DNA of 64,000 bases from a virus: IMG/VR virus record IMGVR_UViG_3300027763_000026, one strand, 5' to 3'. This document shows positions 51,970 through 62,700 of the stretch, in pieces. The notes beneath the pieces were generated by a model, which saw nothing but the letters and a program-made list of their open reading frames with translations, had not been told where the DNA came from and ran no database searches. A program made the position numbers and the translations under genes. How positions within the stretch are numbered: position 1 is the stretch's first letter; every line of letters starts with the position of its first letter.

Positions 51970-52713
51970 ATGAAAAAAGTTTCCTATTGTACAGTATGCT
52001 ATGGTAGATTATGGCAATTAGCGTTTACATTAAAATCTAATTTAGATAACCTTAAAGAAGACGAAGAGCTTGTTCTGGTAGACTATAATAGTCCAGATGA
52101 TACTATGATTTTTGTTTTAGGCACAAAAACTTTTAAAAAATATATAGAGGAAGAAAAATTAAAATTTATAAAAGTCTTAGATGTAAAAGAGTATAATTGT
52201 CCAAAATCTAAAAATATAGCTCATAGGTTAGGCTCTGGAGAAATTTTAGTAAATTTAGATGTGGATAATTTTTTATTAGGAATGCGGGAAGAAATCGATA
52301 AAGCTTTTAATAAAAATAAAAATAGTTTACTTCATATGTATTTTGAACCACAAGGAGGGTCTTTTGGCAGGATAGCTTTGACAAAAAGTAATTTTTATAA
52401 ATTGGGCGGTTACGATGAAGATCTATTGGAACATTCACATCAGGATACAGACTTAATCAATAGAGCAAAGGCATTGGGCATGACCTATGGCCTTCGTCCT
52501 TTAGAATCTGAAGTTATAGCTAATAACCTTTATGCGAAAAATAGATACTTAAGAGAGGACTGGTTTAGCATGCAACAAAAAAATAGAAAAATTAGTCAAG
52601 AAAATATTATGAATGGAAAATTTGTAGCTAATAAGAGTAAAGGTTGGGGAGAGTGTAAAATCATAGAGAACTACGATAAGGATATTATAAATTTAAAAGC
52701 TATACGCCCATAA
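51970..52713 (+). CDS. GT-A glycosyltransferase (GT2/GT7-like)
   Basis: LVLVDYNS, VNLDVD, FYKLGGYDE...QDTDL. Confidence 0.75.
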   Translation: MKKVSYCTVCYGRLWQLAFTLKSNLDNLKEDEELVLVDYNSPDDTMIFVLGTKTFKKYIEEEKLKFIKVLDVKEYNCPKSKNIAHRLGSGEILVNLDVDNFLLGMREEIDKAFNKNKNSLLHMYFEPQGGSFGRIALTKSNFYKLGGYDEDLLEHSHQDTDLINRAKALGMTYGLRPLESEVIANNLYAKNRYLREDWFSMQQKNRKISQENIMNGKFVANKSKGWGECKIIENYDKDIINLKAIRP

Positions 52714-52734
52714 AACTAGTGTAATCAATATATC

Positions 52735-53598
52735 ATGGAAATTGATTTTAGCAACGATATTCAAGCAGCTAAAAAAGGCAAAGCACCACTTAATAAACCA
52801 TTTCGTCTTCCTTCTGGGAGCAAAAAGAAATTTGGTGTTTATGTCAAAAACGATAAAGGTAATATTGTTAAGGTTACTTTCGGCGATCCAAATATGTCTA
52901 TCAAAAGAGATAATCCCGAAAGACGCAAAGCTTACAGAGCAAGACACGGTTGCGATAATCCTGGTCCAAAGTACAAAGCCAATTATTGGAGTTGCAAAAT
53001 GTGGAGCGCAAAACCAGTTAGTAAAATCGCTGGGAGTTGCGGAAAGCCTAACTGCGGTTCAGTTCAAAATGAAGAAGAAGTCACTTTGGAAATAGATGTT
53101 CAAGCTAAGAATAAAGGTCTTTGGTACAACATCCAACAAAAGAAAAAAAGAATGGGTAAAAATTATCGTCCAGCAAAACCAGGGTCGAAAGATCGACCAA
53201 CCCAAGAAGCTCTTAAAAAAGCACAAGGCTCTGATTATGAAAATGAGAATTATGAATGGGATGGAGAAACAGAATTTGATCAAAATGAATTTTTAAAATT
53301 AGATCCGACACTTGCTCAAGTAGCAGAACTCCCAGATGATCCAGAAGAAATGAAATATCATACGGAAGATACAGCTGATATGGCTCTTGCTCAATTTGAA
53401 GTCATAAGAGATTCTGCGATTGAAATTATTGAAATGTTAAAAAATAATCCAGAAGCAGCATTAGAAATAACAGAAGGATGGGTGACGAATAAAATAGCTT
53501 TAATTGAAGATTATATTGTAACAGTAAAAGATTATATTAAATATCCTTTAGAGGAAATGCAAGCTAAACAAATTGAAGGTGAAAAAAACATTAAGTAA
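52735..53598 (+). CDS. Conserved large-phage hypothetical protein
   Basis: LNKPFR...KKFGVYVKN...FGDPNMSIKRDNPERRKAYRARH...YWSC; GTGTAA-N10-ATG. Confidence 0.6.
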   Translation: MEIDFSNDIQAAKKGKAPLNKPFRLPSGSKKKFGVYVKNDKGNIVKVTFGDPNMSIKRDNPERRKAYRARHGCDNPGPKYKANYWSCKMWSAKPVSKIAGSCGKPNCGSVQNEEEVTLEIDVQAKNKGLWYNIQQKKKRMGKNYRPAKPGSKDRPTQEALKKAQGSDYENENYEWDGETEFDQNEFLKLDPTLAQVAELPDDPEEMKYHTEDTADMALAQFEVIRDSAIEIIEMLKNNPEAALEITEGWVTNKIALIEDYIVTVKDYIKYPLEEMQAKQIEGEKNIK

Positions 53599-54109
53599 AC
53601 TCTGGAACTGGAAAACAAAAACATTACTTGTTGGGGTTGGATTAATCGTATCTTGGGTCGCTTGTTTTAAAATTGGTTTTGAACTTAAAAAATACAATAA
53701 CATAACTAACCTTCCAAACTCTTGTTTTGTTGATGCTATGATTTATGCTTCTCAATGTAATCTCTTATTAGAAACAAACAATGATATATGGAACAATGTT
53801 TATGGTTTTACATTTTACTACAAAGACGACATAGATAATATAATTGGTCATGCAGTTTGTGTTTTTGAGTATAAGAATAACTTATGGATCTATGATCCAA
53901 ACTGGGGAACATCACCAATATGTCAAATTGGAAATAAAAAAGAATATAGGGAAAAAATAAAGTTGTACATCAATAAAACTTATCCTATAATAGTAGTAGA
54001 GGATTTTATGTTAAATGATTGGACATACGTCCAAAAAATAAAGAAAAATAAAATGAACAAAATCTATAAAGAGGTGTCTATACATTTAGATGAAAACAAG
54101 AAGGAGTAA
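53573..54109 (+). CDS. Membrane-anchored protein with a possible Cys-His-Asp (transglutaminase/papain-like) triad
   Basis: Transmembrane segment, SCFVDA, GHAVCV, YDPN. Confidence 0.4.
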   Translation: MKVKKTLSKLWNWKTKTLLVGVGLIVSWVACFKIGFELKKYNNITNLPNSCFVDAMIYASQCNLLLETNNDIWNNVYGFTFYYKDDIDNIIGHAVCVFEYKNNLWIYDPNWGTSPICQIGNKKEYREKIKLYINKTYPIIVVEDFMLNDWTYVQKIKKNKMNKIYKEVSIHLDENKKE

Positions 54110-54118
54110 ACTAATAAT

Positions 54119-54850
54119 ATGAAAATAAACCTACTAAAAGGGTTACTAATAAGCACAGCCGCAAAATTAATTGCGGCTTTTTTAATGCTCAGTAGCGGTC
54201 AGTCAAAAGCTGCATTGACCGTAATCAATGGTGACTTTAGCGATCTGACAGGCCTAACTTATGTGGGTGACGTCTGGTATTCTGGCGTTCCCACTGGCTG
54301 GAACACTGACTTTCCAAACACAATTTACACAGTCAAGTATACTGGTATCACTAATGGCACTTATGATTACGTTGCTAATATTTCTCAGCTCACCTCTACA
54401 TCTCCTAATTTTTATGCTCTTTATCAAAGCGTAGGAACTACAGATTATACAGGTGATGTTACTGTAAAATTTGATTTAACAAATATTAATGGTGGTGGAT
54501 ATGATGTTGGTGTTGCAATCTTTCAAGGTCCCAATTTTAACACTCTACTTGCGAATCGTAGCATTCAGGATGTGTTCCCAGATGCTAACGGTGTTCCTCA
54601 AAACGGTGTTGGAACCTTTGAGCTCACAGCATTGAATGTCGCATCTGGAAGCTTACTTCAGATCGCTTTTTGGACAACTGGAGGCACTCCAGGCTTGGAC
54701 AATGTCTCGATAATCCCTGAACCCACAACATTAGATTTAATCTCACTACCAGTAACAGCAGGTGCTTACATGGTGGATATGATCTCAAAGAATATCTACA
54801 CATGTGGAATAAACCCTAGAAAATTTAATGCTCTAACCATTGTGTACTAA
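54119..54850 (+). CDS. Secreted protein with a variant PEP-CTERM-like C-terminus
   Basis: Signal peptide; SIIPEPTTLDLISLPV. Confidence 0.75.
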   Translation: MKINLLKGLLISTAAKLIAAFLMLSSGQSKAALTVINGDFSDLTGLTYVGDVWYSGVPTGWNTDFPNTIYTVKYTGITNGTYDYVANISQLTSTSPNFYALYQSVGTTDYTGDVTVKFDLTNINGGGYDVGVAIFQGPNFNTLLANRSIQDVFPDANGVPQNGVGTFELTALNVASGSLLQIAFWTTGGTPGLDNVSIIPEPTTLDLISLPVTAGAYMVDMISKNIYTCGINPRKFNALTIVY

Positions 54851-54853
54851 TTT

Positions 54854-55705
54854 ATGAACAAACCAACAAACATAATAAAGAAGGCATTGAGCTTGATTGC
54901 CGCTGCTTTCATGACAACCGCAGGTAATCTGTATAGTGTATCATATTTGTATCAAGATGACTTTAGCGTCAATGCTGGGGCATTGAACGGGCGCGCTACT
55001 GCTGCAGGGTTCGGCAATTGGACCAACGCTGATGGCGCGTTCCAAGTCGGAAGCGATATGATTACTATCAACTCAAACACTCCTGTTGATTACCACTCAG
55101 CGTCGTTCTCGCTTCCCACACTGGGAGTCACCGACATTCTCTCGCTCAGTATTACAGTTCGCCCCTCTGGACCACTCTTCACAGGAATTGGTTTTAATCC
55201 GAACCCTGCCGCATACCTAACCCAGTCTGGATATGCTTGGGTTTATTACGAAGGATTGGGCGCAGCTAATCCGAACATTCAGATTTTTCAAGGTCCAAGT
55301 ACCGCAGGAGCGGTTTACGCAGCACCACTGACCCACCCGACTCTTAATTTTGACCCATCTCTCGCGACAACATTTGAATTTACTTACTCTGCTTCCGCCA
55401 AAACGCTCTCGCTACTGGCATCGAATGGGAGCAACTCGTCCACTCTCCTGAACCAACTCAATGTGAGCACAATGCCGCTGGAAGCTTTCAGTAATTTTTC
55501 CTTGCAGTTCCAAGGTCAGACTCTAGATACAGACTTCTATCCCGCTCATGTTGATCAATTGAGTGTTTCTATTATTCCTGAACCTACAACATTAGATTTG
55601 ATCTCTTTACCAGTAAAAGCGTGTTTTTACATAGCATGTAAAAGTGAGTCTCTACAAAGTAGACATTATCGCAAAGAATATTTAAGCAAATGGATTAAAC
55701 CCTAA
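54854..55705 (+). CDS. Secreted protein with a variant PEP-CTERM-like C-terminus
   Basis: Signal peptide MNKPTNIIKKALSLIAAAF; SIIPEPTTLDLISLPV; GC-richer core. Confidence 0.75.
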   Translation: MNKPTNIIKKALSLIAAAFMTTAGNLYSVSYLYQDDFSVNAGALNGRATAAGFGNWTNADGAFQVGSDMITINSNTPVDYHSASFSLPTLGVTDILSLSITVRPSGPLFTGIGFNPNPAAYLTQSGYAWVYYEGLGAANPNIQIFQGPSTAGAVYAAPLTHPTLNFDPSLATTFEFTYSASAKTLSLLASNGSNSSTLLNQLNVSTMPLEAFSNFSLQFQGQTLDTDFYPAHVDQLSVSIIPEPTTLDLISLPVKACFYIACKSESLQSRHYRKEYLSKWIKP

Positions 55706-55713
55706 AAAATTTT

Positions 55714-57732
55714 ATGAAAAAACCAACAAACATAATCAAGAAAGCTCTGAGCTTCATTGCCGCTGCTTTCATCGCAACCGCAGCCTCAGATGCCCAAGCA
55801 GTAGTGTTCTTATGGAACAACACTGGTACCAATTGGACATCACCTGCCAGTTGGACCAATGGAGTGCAACCTGCATCCACTAGTTCCAGCGCCACCACAG
55901 ATGAAATTACATTTGGTAATTTTGGAGCAAGTAACAATACTGTTGTATTAACCTCTACAAGATCAGCAAAAAACATAACATTCCTAACAAACGCAAACCC
56001 ATATTTAATCAATAGTTTTAATGGCGTTCAAACACTATCATCTAGTGGAGGAATTACAAATAATTCTACTGCTACTCAAACATTTAATATATTAATAGAA
56101 AATGCTAACGCTAATAACACTTGGTTTCAAACAGCAGGAGGTTCATTAATATTTAATAATATAGCTTCGCTAACCACCGCTTCATCTGCTACATCTAGAA
56201 CTCTAACTTTAGCAGGAGATGGTGCATTCACATTTAATAATGAATTAAAACAAGGTGGCACATCTACTGCTGGTAAAGTTATATATACTGGAGGTGGAAG
56301 TGTTACATTTAATGGAACCAATACTTTAGGAGGTGGTTTTGATATTACAGGAGGCGGTACTGTTAATGTTAATGGCGGTACTGGATTAGGTACAGGTTTA
56401 ATAACACTTGGAGGAGCAAGCGGTACAACTAATGCGCCAAAACTTATAGTTAATACAGCCAATGGGTTATCTGTCGCCAATAGTTTAAAAGGATCAACAA
56501 GTCTTTCTACCATGGGAACATTAGATCTAGCAGGATCTAATTCTGCTGCGGTTACCACTTATGTTATGAATCAATATCAAGGTAACAATATGAATTTTAC
56601 CAATCATGGTGGATACAAGACATTGCTACAGTTTACTAATTCTGCTAGTACATTGACTGCATCTACAGGTTCTAGTGGTGGTAGAAGATTGTTTAACAAT
56701 AGTACTAATTTAATTGTACAGTTTGATGGTTCATTAGATATTGGCGGAACAGTTGCAGATAATAGTCTTGTTGGCGGTGTGGGCGATTTCCTTTTTAAAG
56801 GATCTTTACTCAATACAGGAAGTGCACTCAGAGGTTTAACAAAGTCAGGAACTGGAACAGTAACTTTACAAGCAGTTAATTCATACAATGGAGACACTAC
56901 GATACAAGATGGTATATTTGTTGTTGATACTGCTGGTTCTATTGCTTCTAGCGCTGCTATAGTAACAGGAGGTACTTTGCAAGTTAAAGGTATCGCTGGA
57001 GGAGTCAATGTTAATAGTGGAAGATTACTTGTAGATACTGGTGGTAGAGTTGGAACTACAACAGTAGGAGGTGGTACTCTATTAGTTTCTGGTACAGCAG
57101 GAACTACCACAGTAAACTCTGGAACTGCTACAGTAAATGTAGGTGGAACAGTTGGAAGCACAACAATCAATGGAAGTTTGCTATCAGTAAATGGAAACGC
57201 AGGAGATGTTTTAGTAAATACAGGAGGTACATTAGGTGGCTCTGGTAGTGTGCAAGGTTTGACTTTAAATGGTGGTACTGTGGCCCCTGGCAATAGTCCT
57301 GGTCTGCTAACTGCTTATGAGTTAAACGGAAGCAATGGAAGATTCCAATTCCAATTAGGCGCACCAACTACCAGAGGTACTACCTATGATGCTATTAATG
57401 TAAGCACTTTACTAACTTTAGGAGCTAGTACATCATGGACATTTGAAACATTAGATAATTACTCATTTCAAATGAATGATAGTTACGATTTATTTAATTT
57501 TGCGTCAATCGAAGCATCTGCATTTGATGTAAATACATTACTAGCAGCATTACCTAATTTAGATACTGCTAATTCAAATTTGAAATGGGACGCTAATAGT
57601 TTTACCACAGATGGAGTAGTAAATGTTATTCCAGAACCTTCTACATTATCACTTCTATTAGGTGGTGCTAGTGTTTTAATAGGTCTTAGAATTGTGAGGA
57701 GAAACAAATGCAAACTCCCAACACGCTTTTAA
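55714..57732 (+). CDS. Beta-helix protein with an autotransporter-associated beta-strand repeat and canonical PEP-CTERM sorting signal
   Basis: LTKSGTGTVTLQAVNSYNGDTTIQDG; GTVAPGNSPG; VIPEPSTLSLLLGGASVLIGLRIVRR. Confidence 0.88.
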   Translation: MKKPTNIIKKALSFIAAAFIATAASDAQAVVFLWNNTGTNWTSPASWTNGVQPASTSSSATTDEITFGNFGASNNTVVLTSTRSAKNITFLTNANPYLINSFNGVQTLSSSGGITNNSTATQTFNILIENANANNTWFQTAGGSLIFNNIASLTTASSATSRTLTLAGDGAFTFNNELKQGGTSTAGKVIYTGGGSVTFNGTNTLGGGFDITGGGTVNVNGGTGLGTGLITLGGASGTTNAPKLIVNTANGLSVANSLKGSTSLSTMGTLDLAGSNSAAVTTYVMNQYQGNNMNFTNHGGYKTLLQFTNSASTLTASTGSSGGRRLFNNSTNLIVQFDGSLDIGGTVADNSLVGGVGDFLFKGSLLNTGSALRGLTKSGTGTVTLQAVNSYNGDTTIQDGIFVVDTAGSIASSAAIVTGGTLQVKGIAGGVNVNSGRLLVDTGGRVGTTTVGGGTLLVSGTAGTTTVNSGTATVNVGGTVGSTTINGSLLSVNGNAGDVLVNTGGTLGGSGSVQGLTLNGGTVAPGNSPGLLTAYELNGSNGRFQFQLGAPTTRGTTYDAINVSTLLTLGASTSWTFETLDNYSFQMNDSYDLFNFASIEASAFDVNTLLAALPNLDTANSNLKWDANSFTTDGVVNVIPEPSTLSLLLGGASVLIGLRIVRRNKCKLPTRF

Positions 57733-58367
57733 AACATCCAAGACTATTAAAAATTTTTGGTTTTACATTAGTTGAAATGGCAGTTGTAATAGTTATAATG
57801 GCATTTGTAATGAGCTTATCGTTCTCTGCTTTTGGCGCAGTCAAACGTAAATCATCTCAAGCTGCTTGTGCTTCAAACATGAAACAAGTTGGTACAAGTA
57901 TTTTGTTATTTGCAGCAGAAAATGATGGCTGGTTGCCTCCAGGTCCAGATGGTCAAACAATTAATACATTCATTAGCGATAGTAGATTTGGTGGCACAAC
58001 TCAAAATGTGGTGGATAAATCTAACATAGAATATTATCTCACTAATTATATTCCTGTTACATATACAGGTAAAAAAAAGAAAGCAAATACTGTGTTTAGT
58101 TGTCCTGCACACAACGAACAACATCCTACCATTTGGAAAAGAGGATCTTGTTTTGGAGGAGCAGGTGGCGATTATGGCATAGAAAATTCTAAAAAAATAT
58201 TAGCATTGGATACAAATGATTATTTCTTAGTTGATTTTACCAAAGCTTTTACTAATCATTCTAGTGGCGCTTTAGATAAAACAATTAAAAATCCACATGG
58301 AAGCACAAGAAATCTGTTAAGAACAGATGGTAGTGTAATATTAGAATCTGACACAAAAGCCAGATAG
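57708..58367 (+). CDS. PVC-type prepilin-like protein (N-terminal cleavage/methylation motif plus H-X9-DG domain)
   Basis: GFTLVEMAVVIVIMA; CASNMKQVG; H-GSTRNLLRT-DG. Confidence 0.85.
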   Translation: MQTPNTLLKHPRLLKIFGFTLVEMAVVIVIMAFVMSLSFSAFGAVKRKSSQAACASNMKQVGTSILLFAAENDGWLPPGPDGQTINTFISDSRFGGTTQNVVDKSNIEYYLTNYIPVTYTGKKKKANTVFSCPAHNEQHPTIWKRGSCFGGAGGDYGIENSKKILALDTNDYFLVDFTKAFTNHSSGALDKTIKNPHGSTRNLLRTDGSVILESDTKAR

Positions 58368-58376
58368 AATAAAGCA

Positions 58377-59771
58377 ATGGATAATCACATGAGAAACTTA
58401 TTATTAAGTAATTATGAAAAAAGTCTTCCCTCAAAAAGAGATACAGAAGCCTTCATAAGTAATTTCCATCAATATAGGGCTAAGAAGAAAGCCCAAGAAA
58501 AAACTCATTATGCTTTAATTTTTGCTTGTGTTCTTATATTAAGTATGATAGGATCAATAATAGCTAAACAAACTAAAAACAATTTAGATATACAAACAGC
58601 AAGTGGAACAGAAAAATGCAATACACAAGTCATGGAAAAGTAGTAGTCTTTGAAGGAAACGTTGGTGAAGTTTCTACTTGGATCAAAAAACATGTTGGAG
58701 ATCACGACACAGTTAGTTTAAAGGATTACTTTAAAGATGAAGTTTTTGGAGTTCATAAAGTTGGAGAAGAGAAGTATAGATACTATTATCAATGCTTAGG
58801 AAAAGGTAGATATTCTATTTTTACAATGCAATGAATAAGATACCTTTTATCGTGGGCATTTGTATTGCAATTAGTATTTTTTATACAGTTTATAGTCCTC
58901 ATCCGTTTTTAGTAAAACAACAAATAGATAATTATGGCATGGATTTTGAATATGTAACAGATGAAGGTTCTTGCTTTACCCAGAGCGCAGAACCTATTGG
59001 CCATGATAGCCATAAATATATTTTAAGTCTAGGCAAACCTGCAAAGCCTACAAATTCAGAAGAACCTTTGTATGTGATGATAGGTTATACCATGAAACAA
59101 GTACGTTTAAAAAATAAATCCAATGTTTTCCAAACCCCAATATATAAAACCTTATGAAAAAAACAATAATACTATTAGCGGCGTTTCTATTAACAACCTA
59201 TTCTTATACAGAAGACCAAATAAGAATTAAAATAACTAAAAATGAAAAAGGTGAAATGATGCTTAATGTATCAGGTCATAAAAGCCCAGTAGCTCTAGAA
59301 GTTAATGGAATATCCAGACAAGTAGAAGTTAATGAAAGTGATGTTAACATGGAAAAAGAATTTCAATTCTCTACTTTTAGTTCTCCAGACACAGCTTCTG
59401 GAGCTTCGTCTACTCCAACCGATTCTCAATATAAAGTGCCTCCAGTATTATCAAACGGAGTTCCGTATCAAGCAACTCCAATTTAATCTTGTGTAAGCCT
59501 ATGTATGCTACTTAAAATCAAAAATTGGTGGGCTAATTTAAAATCCTATGATAAGTTCTTTTTTATCTCATTTGTACCAGCGATGCTTTTCACACTTTGG
59601 GGGCTAAGTGATCTTTACATTAATTACTTTGATTTATTAAGTAAGGAAGATCACCTTCAATTCTTTCTTAGAGTATTCTTTCCAGTATCATTAGCTACTT
59701 TCATTACGGTTCTAGAACATAATAAGAGAAAAAAGTTAATTAAAGATATCAAAACCTATTTAAATAACTAG
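58377..59771 (+). other. Five small genes, mostly membrane or secreted (58377-58643, 58616-58834, 58831-59157, 59154-59486, 59505-59771)
   Basis: ORF track; overlapping genes; transmembrane or signal segments in four of five. Confidence 0.6.
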
Positions 59772-59784
59772 TGTAATATAATTT

Positions 59785-62700
59785 ATGGCTTTTATAGTTA
59801 AAAGAGATGCTCTACCATCACCATTACTTAATGGGCTACTCGCTTATTGGAAACTGAATACAACTAGCTGGTTGGATTCAAGTGAAAATCAGAATACCCT
59901 TTCTGTTACAAATGGTCTAAGTTCAAATATTACAATAGAAACTGGCAAAATAACAAATGCAACAAGATTTAATTATAATAAAACATTTCTTGAGAAATCA
60001 GATTTTCAATTTCCAAACTATTGGACTCAGTCATTTTGGGTAAAAATTATTAGTGACAATGTTACTGATGATAATTCAGAGGGGGAGGGAACATACCCAT
60101 GCTTCTTTGATTCTGGATATATTTCTGGAGCAAGAATAGCTTTTGTTGGTGGAGAACATAATTGTAGGAATAATTGGATTTATTCAAACCCACCTGGAGA
60201 TAATTATGGTCAAGTTTTTTCATTGGAATTAAATGAGTGGTACCATGTTTGCGTTACACAAGATTCATCTGGATTAAAATGGTATGTTAATGGATCATTA
60301 TATATTACGGATGAAGGGGCTTTAACAGAAAGAAGTGGAACTGGATTAGCTATAGGAGCCCAAACCGCAGGAAATGATCCAGAGTCACGTTTTTATGCAG
60401 CTCAAGGAGATTACAGTATTTGCGAATACGGAGTCTGGAATCGAGCATTAACTCAATCAGAAATAAAACAACTTTATAACTCTGGGTCTGGAATAACCTA
60501 CCCATTTTATTCTTCTCTTTTACTTCATATGGATGGAGCAAATGGGTCAACAAATTTTACAGATAGTTCTATAAATGATCTTCCAATTACGGTCAATGCA
60601 AATCCTCAGATAAGCACAGCTCAAAGTAAATTTGGAGGAAGCTCTGCTTATTTTGATGGAGATGGAAGTTATTTAGACGTTTCTAATTTGCCTAGCGATT
60701 ATCTAAGTCAAGATTTTACTATTGAAGCTTGGGTTTGGGTAGATGACTCTAAAATTAATTCTTGTTTATTTAATACATTTCCACATAACTCTTTCGGAGT
60801 TAGTTTAAATAGAGAATATACAGGAGGTAGAACGTCTTTTGGTGTTGGTGATGGTGTTAATTGGGATGTAGTAATTGAAAGTGATACTCCATTATCTTTC
60901 AATACATGGCAGCATATTGCTTTTGTAAGAAGTAATAATACTATAACTTTATATGAGAATGGAATAGCTCGTGCTTCTACTAATTATATGCCAACTGGAT
61001 TTAGTACTTCTTGCAGAATTGGATCAATTACATGGGATGGTGGTTTAAATGGCGAAGAATATAAAGGATATATGGACGAATTTAGAATTATTAAATACGC
61101 CGCTTACACATCAAACTTTACTCCACCAACTCAACCATTTGAATTTTCTGGTGCACGAAGTTTAATAATTAAAAAAAATACAACCTTCAAAATTCCAAGA
61201 ACGTTTGAATTCATCCTCACCTCAAGAGCCTTTAACTCTTCTGGTAACCAAGTCGGCGAAGAAAATACAGGGGATATACCCCAAGGATGGATGAATAACC
61301 AAAACTGTACCTCTGTTACCTTTGCAAACAACAACAGCGTGACGAGTATTGGAAGTTATGCGTTTGATGGTACCAGCCTAGCCACAGCCACCATACCGAA
61401 TAGCGTTACAAGTATTGGGGATTATGCGTTCAAGAATTGTCTAACCAGCGTCACCTTTGCGGCTCCTTCTAGCCTAACTAGCATTGGGAATTATGCGTTT
61501 AAGTGTTCCAACCTAACCAGCATAACCATTCCAAATAGCGTAACCAGCATTGGCGCTCATTCATTTGAGCAATGTACTAGCCTCGCCACAGTCACTTTGC
61601 CAACAAATATAAACTTTACGAGTATTGGTGCCAATTCATTCAAATCTTGCACCAGCCTAACCAGCATCACAATCCCCAACAGCGTAACGAGCATTGGGAA
61701 TTATGCGTTTGATGGTACCAGCCTAACCAGCATCACTATTCCTAACAGCGTAACGAGCATTGGTAGTTATGCGTTCCATCAATGCAGCAGTCTAACCAGC
61801 ATCACCATTCCAAGCAGCGTCTTAAGTATTGGGGGCTATGCGTTTCAAAATTGCTCTGCCCTAGCCACAGCTACTATTGGTAACAGCGTAACTAGCATTG
61901 GAAATTATATGTTCCAAAATTGCTCTAGCCTAGCCACAGTCACCTTTACACCAAATTCTAGCGTTACAAGCATTGGTGATTATGCGTTTGCTGGCACTAT
62001 TTTTAATTCCATTACAATCCCCAATAATGTGAATAGTATCGGGAACAGAGCGTTCGAAGGTTGCGGTCTAGCCAGCATCACTATTCCCAATAACGTAATA
62101 AGCATTGGGGCTTATGCGTTCTCTGGTTGCACCAGCCTAGCCACAGTCACCATTGGAACAAGTGTAACGACTCTTGGGGATGCTGTATTCAAAAACTGCT
62201 CTAGCCTAACCAGCATTACTATCCCAAATACCGTAAATAGCATTCCATATTATGCGTTCAGAGGCACCAACCTAGGCACAGTAACCTTTACACCAACTTC
62301 TACCGTAACAAGCATTGGGAGTTATGCGTTTGCTTACCTGCCGCTAAGTAGCGTTACTATACCCAACAGCGTCTTAAGTATTGGGGTTCGTGCGTTCTTT
62401 AGTTGCTCCAGCCTAAACACACTCACTATTGGCACTAGCGTAACAACCATTGGAAGTTCTGCGTTTGCTTATACAGCCCTAACCAATCTTACTATCCCAA
62501 ACAGCGTTTTAACCATTGAGCCTGAAGCGTTTAATCAATGCAACCTAAACACACTCACTATTGGCACTAGCGTAACAACCATTGGAAGTTCTGCGTTTGC
62601 TTATTCAGCATTAACTAGTGTTACTATCCCAAGCAGTGTTACAACTATTGGAGAGAATGCATTTAAAGAGAATTCAATTAGCTCATTGACCATAATAGGC

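Noticed and set aside
55695-57713. Antisense ORFs (55695-56012, 56127-56558, 56604-57293 and others)
   Set aside because: Mirror frames of the Gly/Thr-rich PEP-CTERM beta-helix gene
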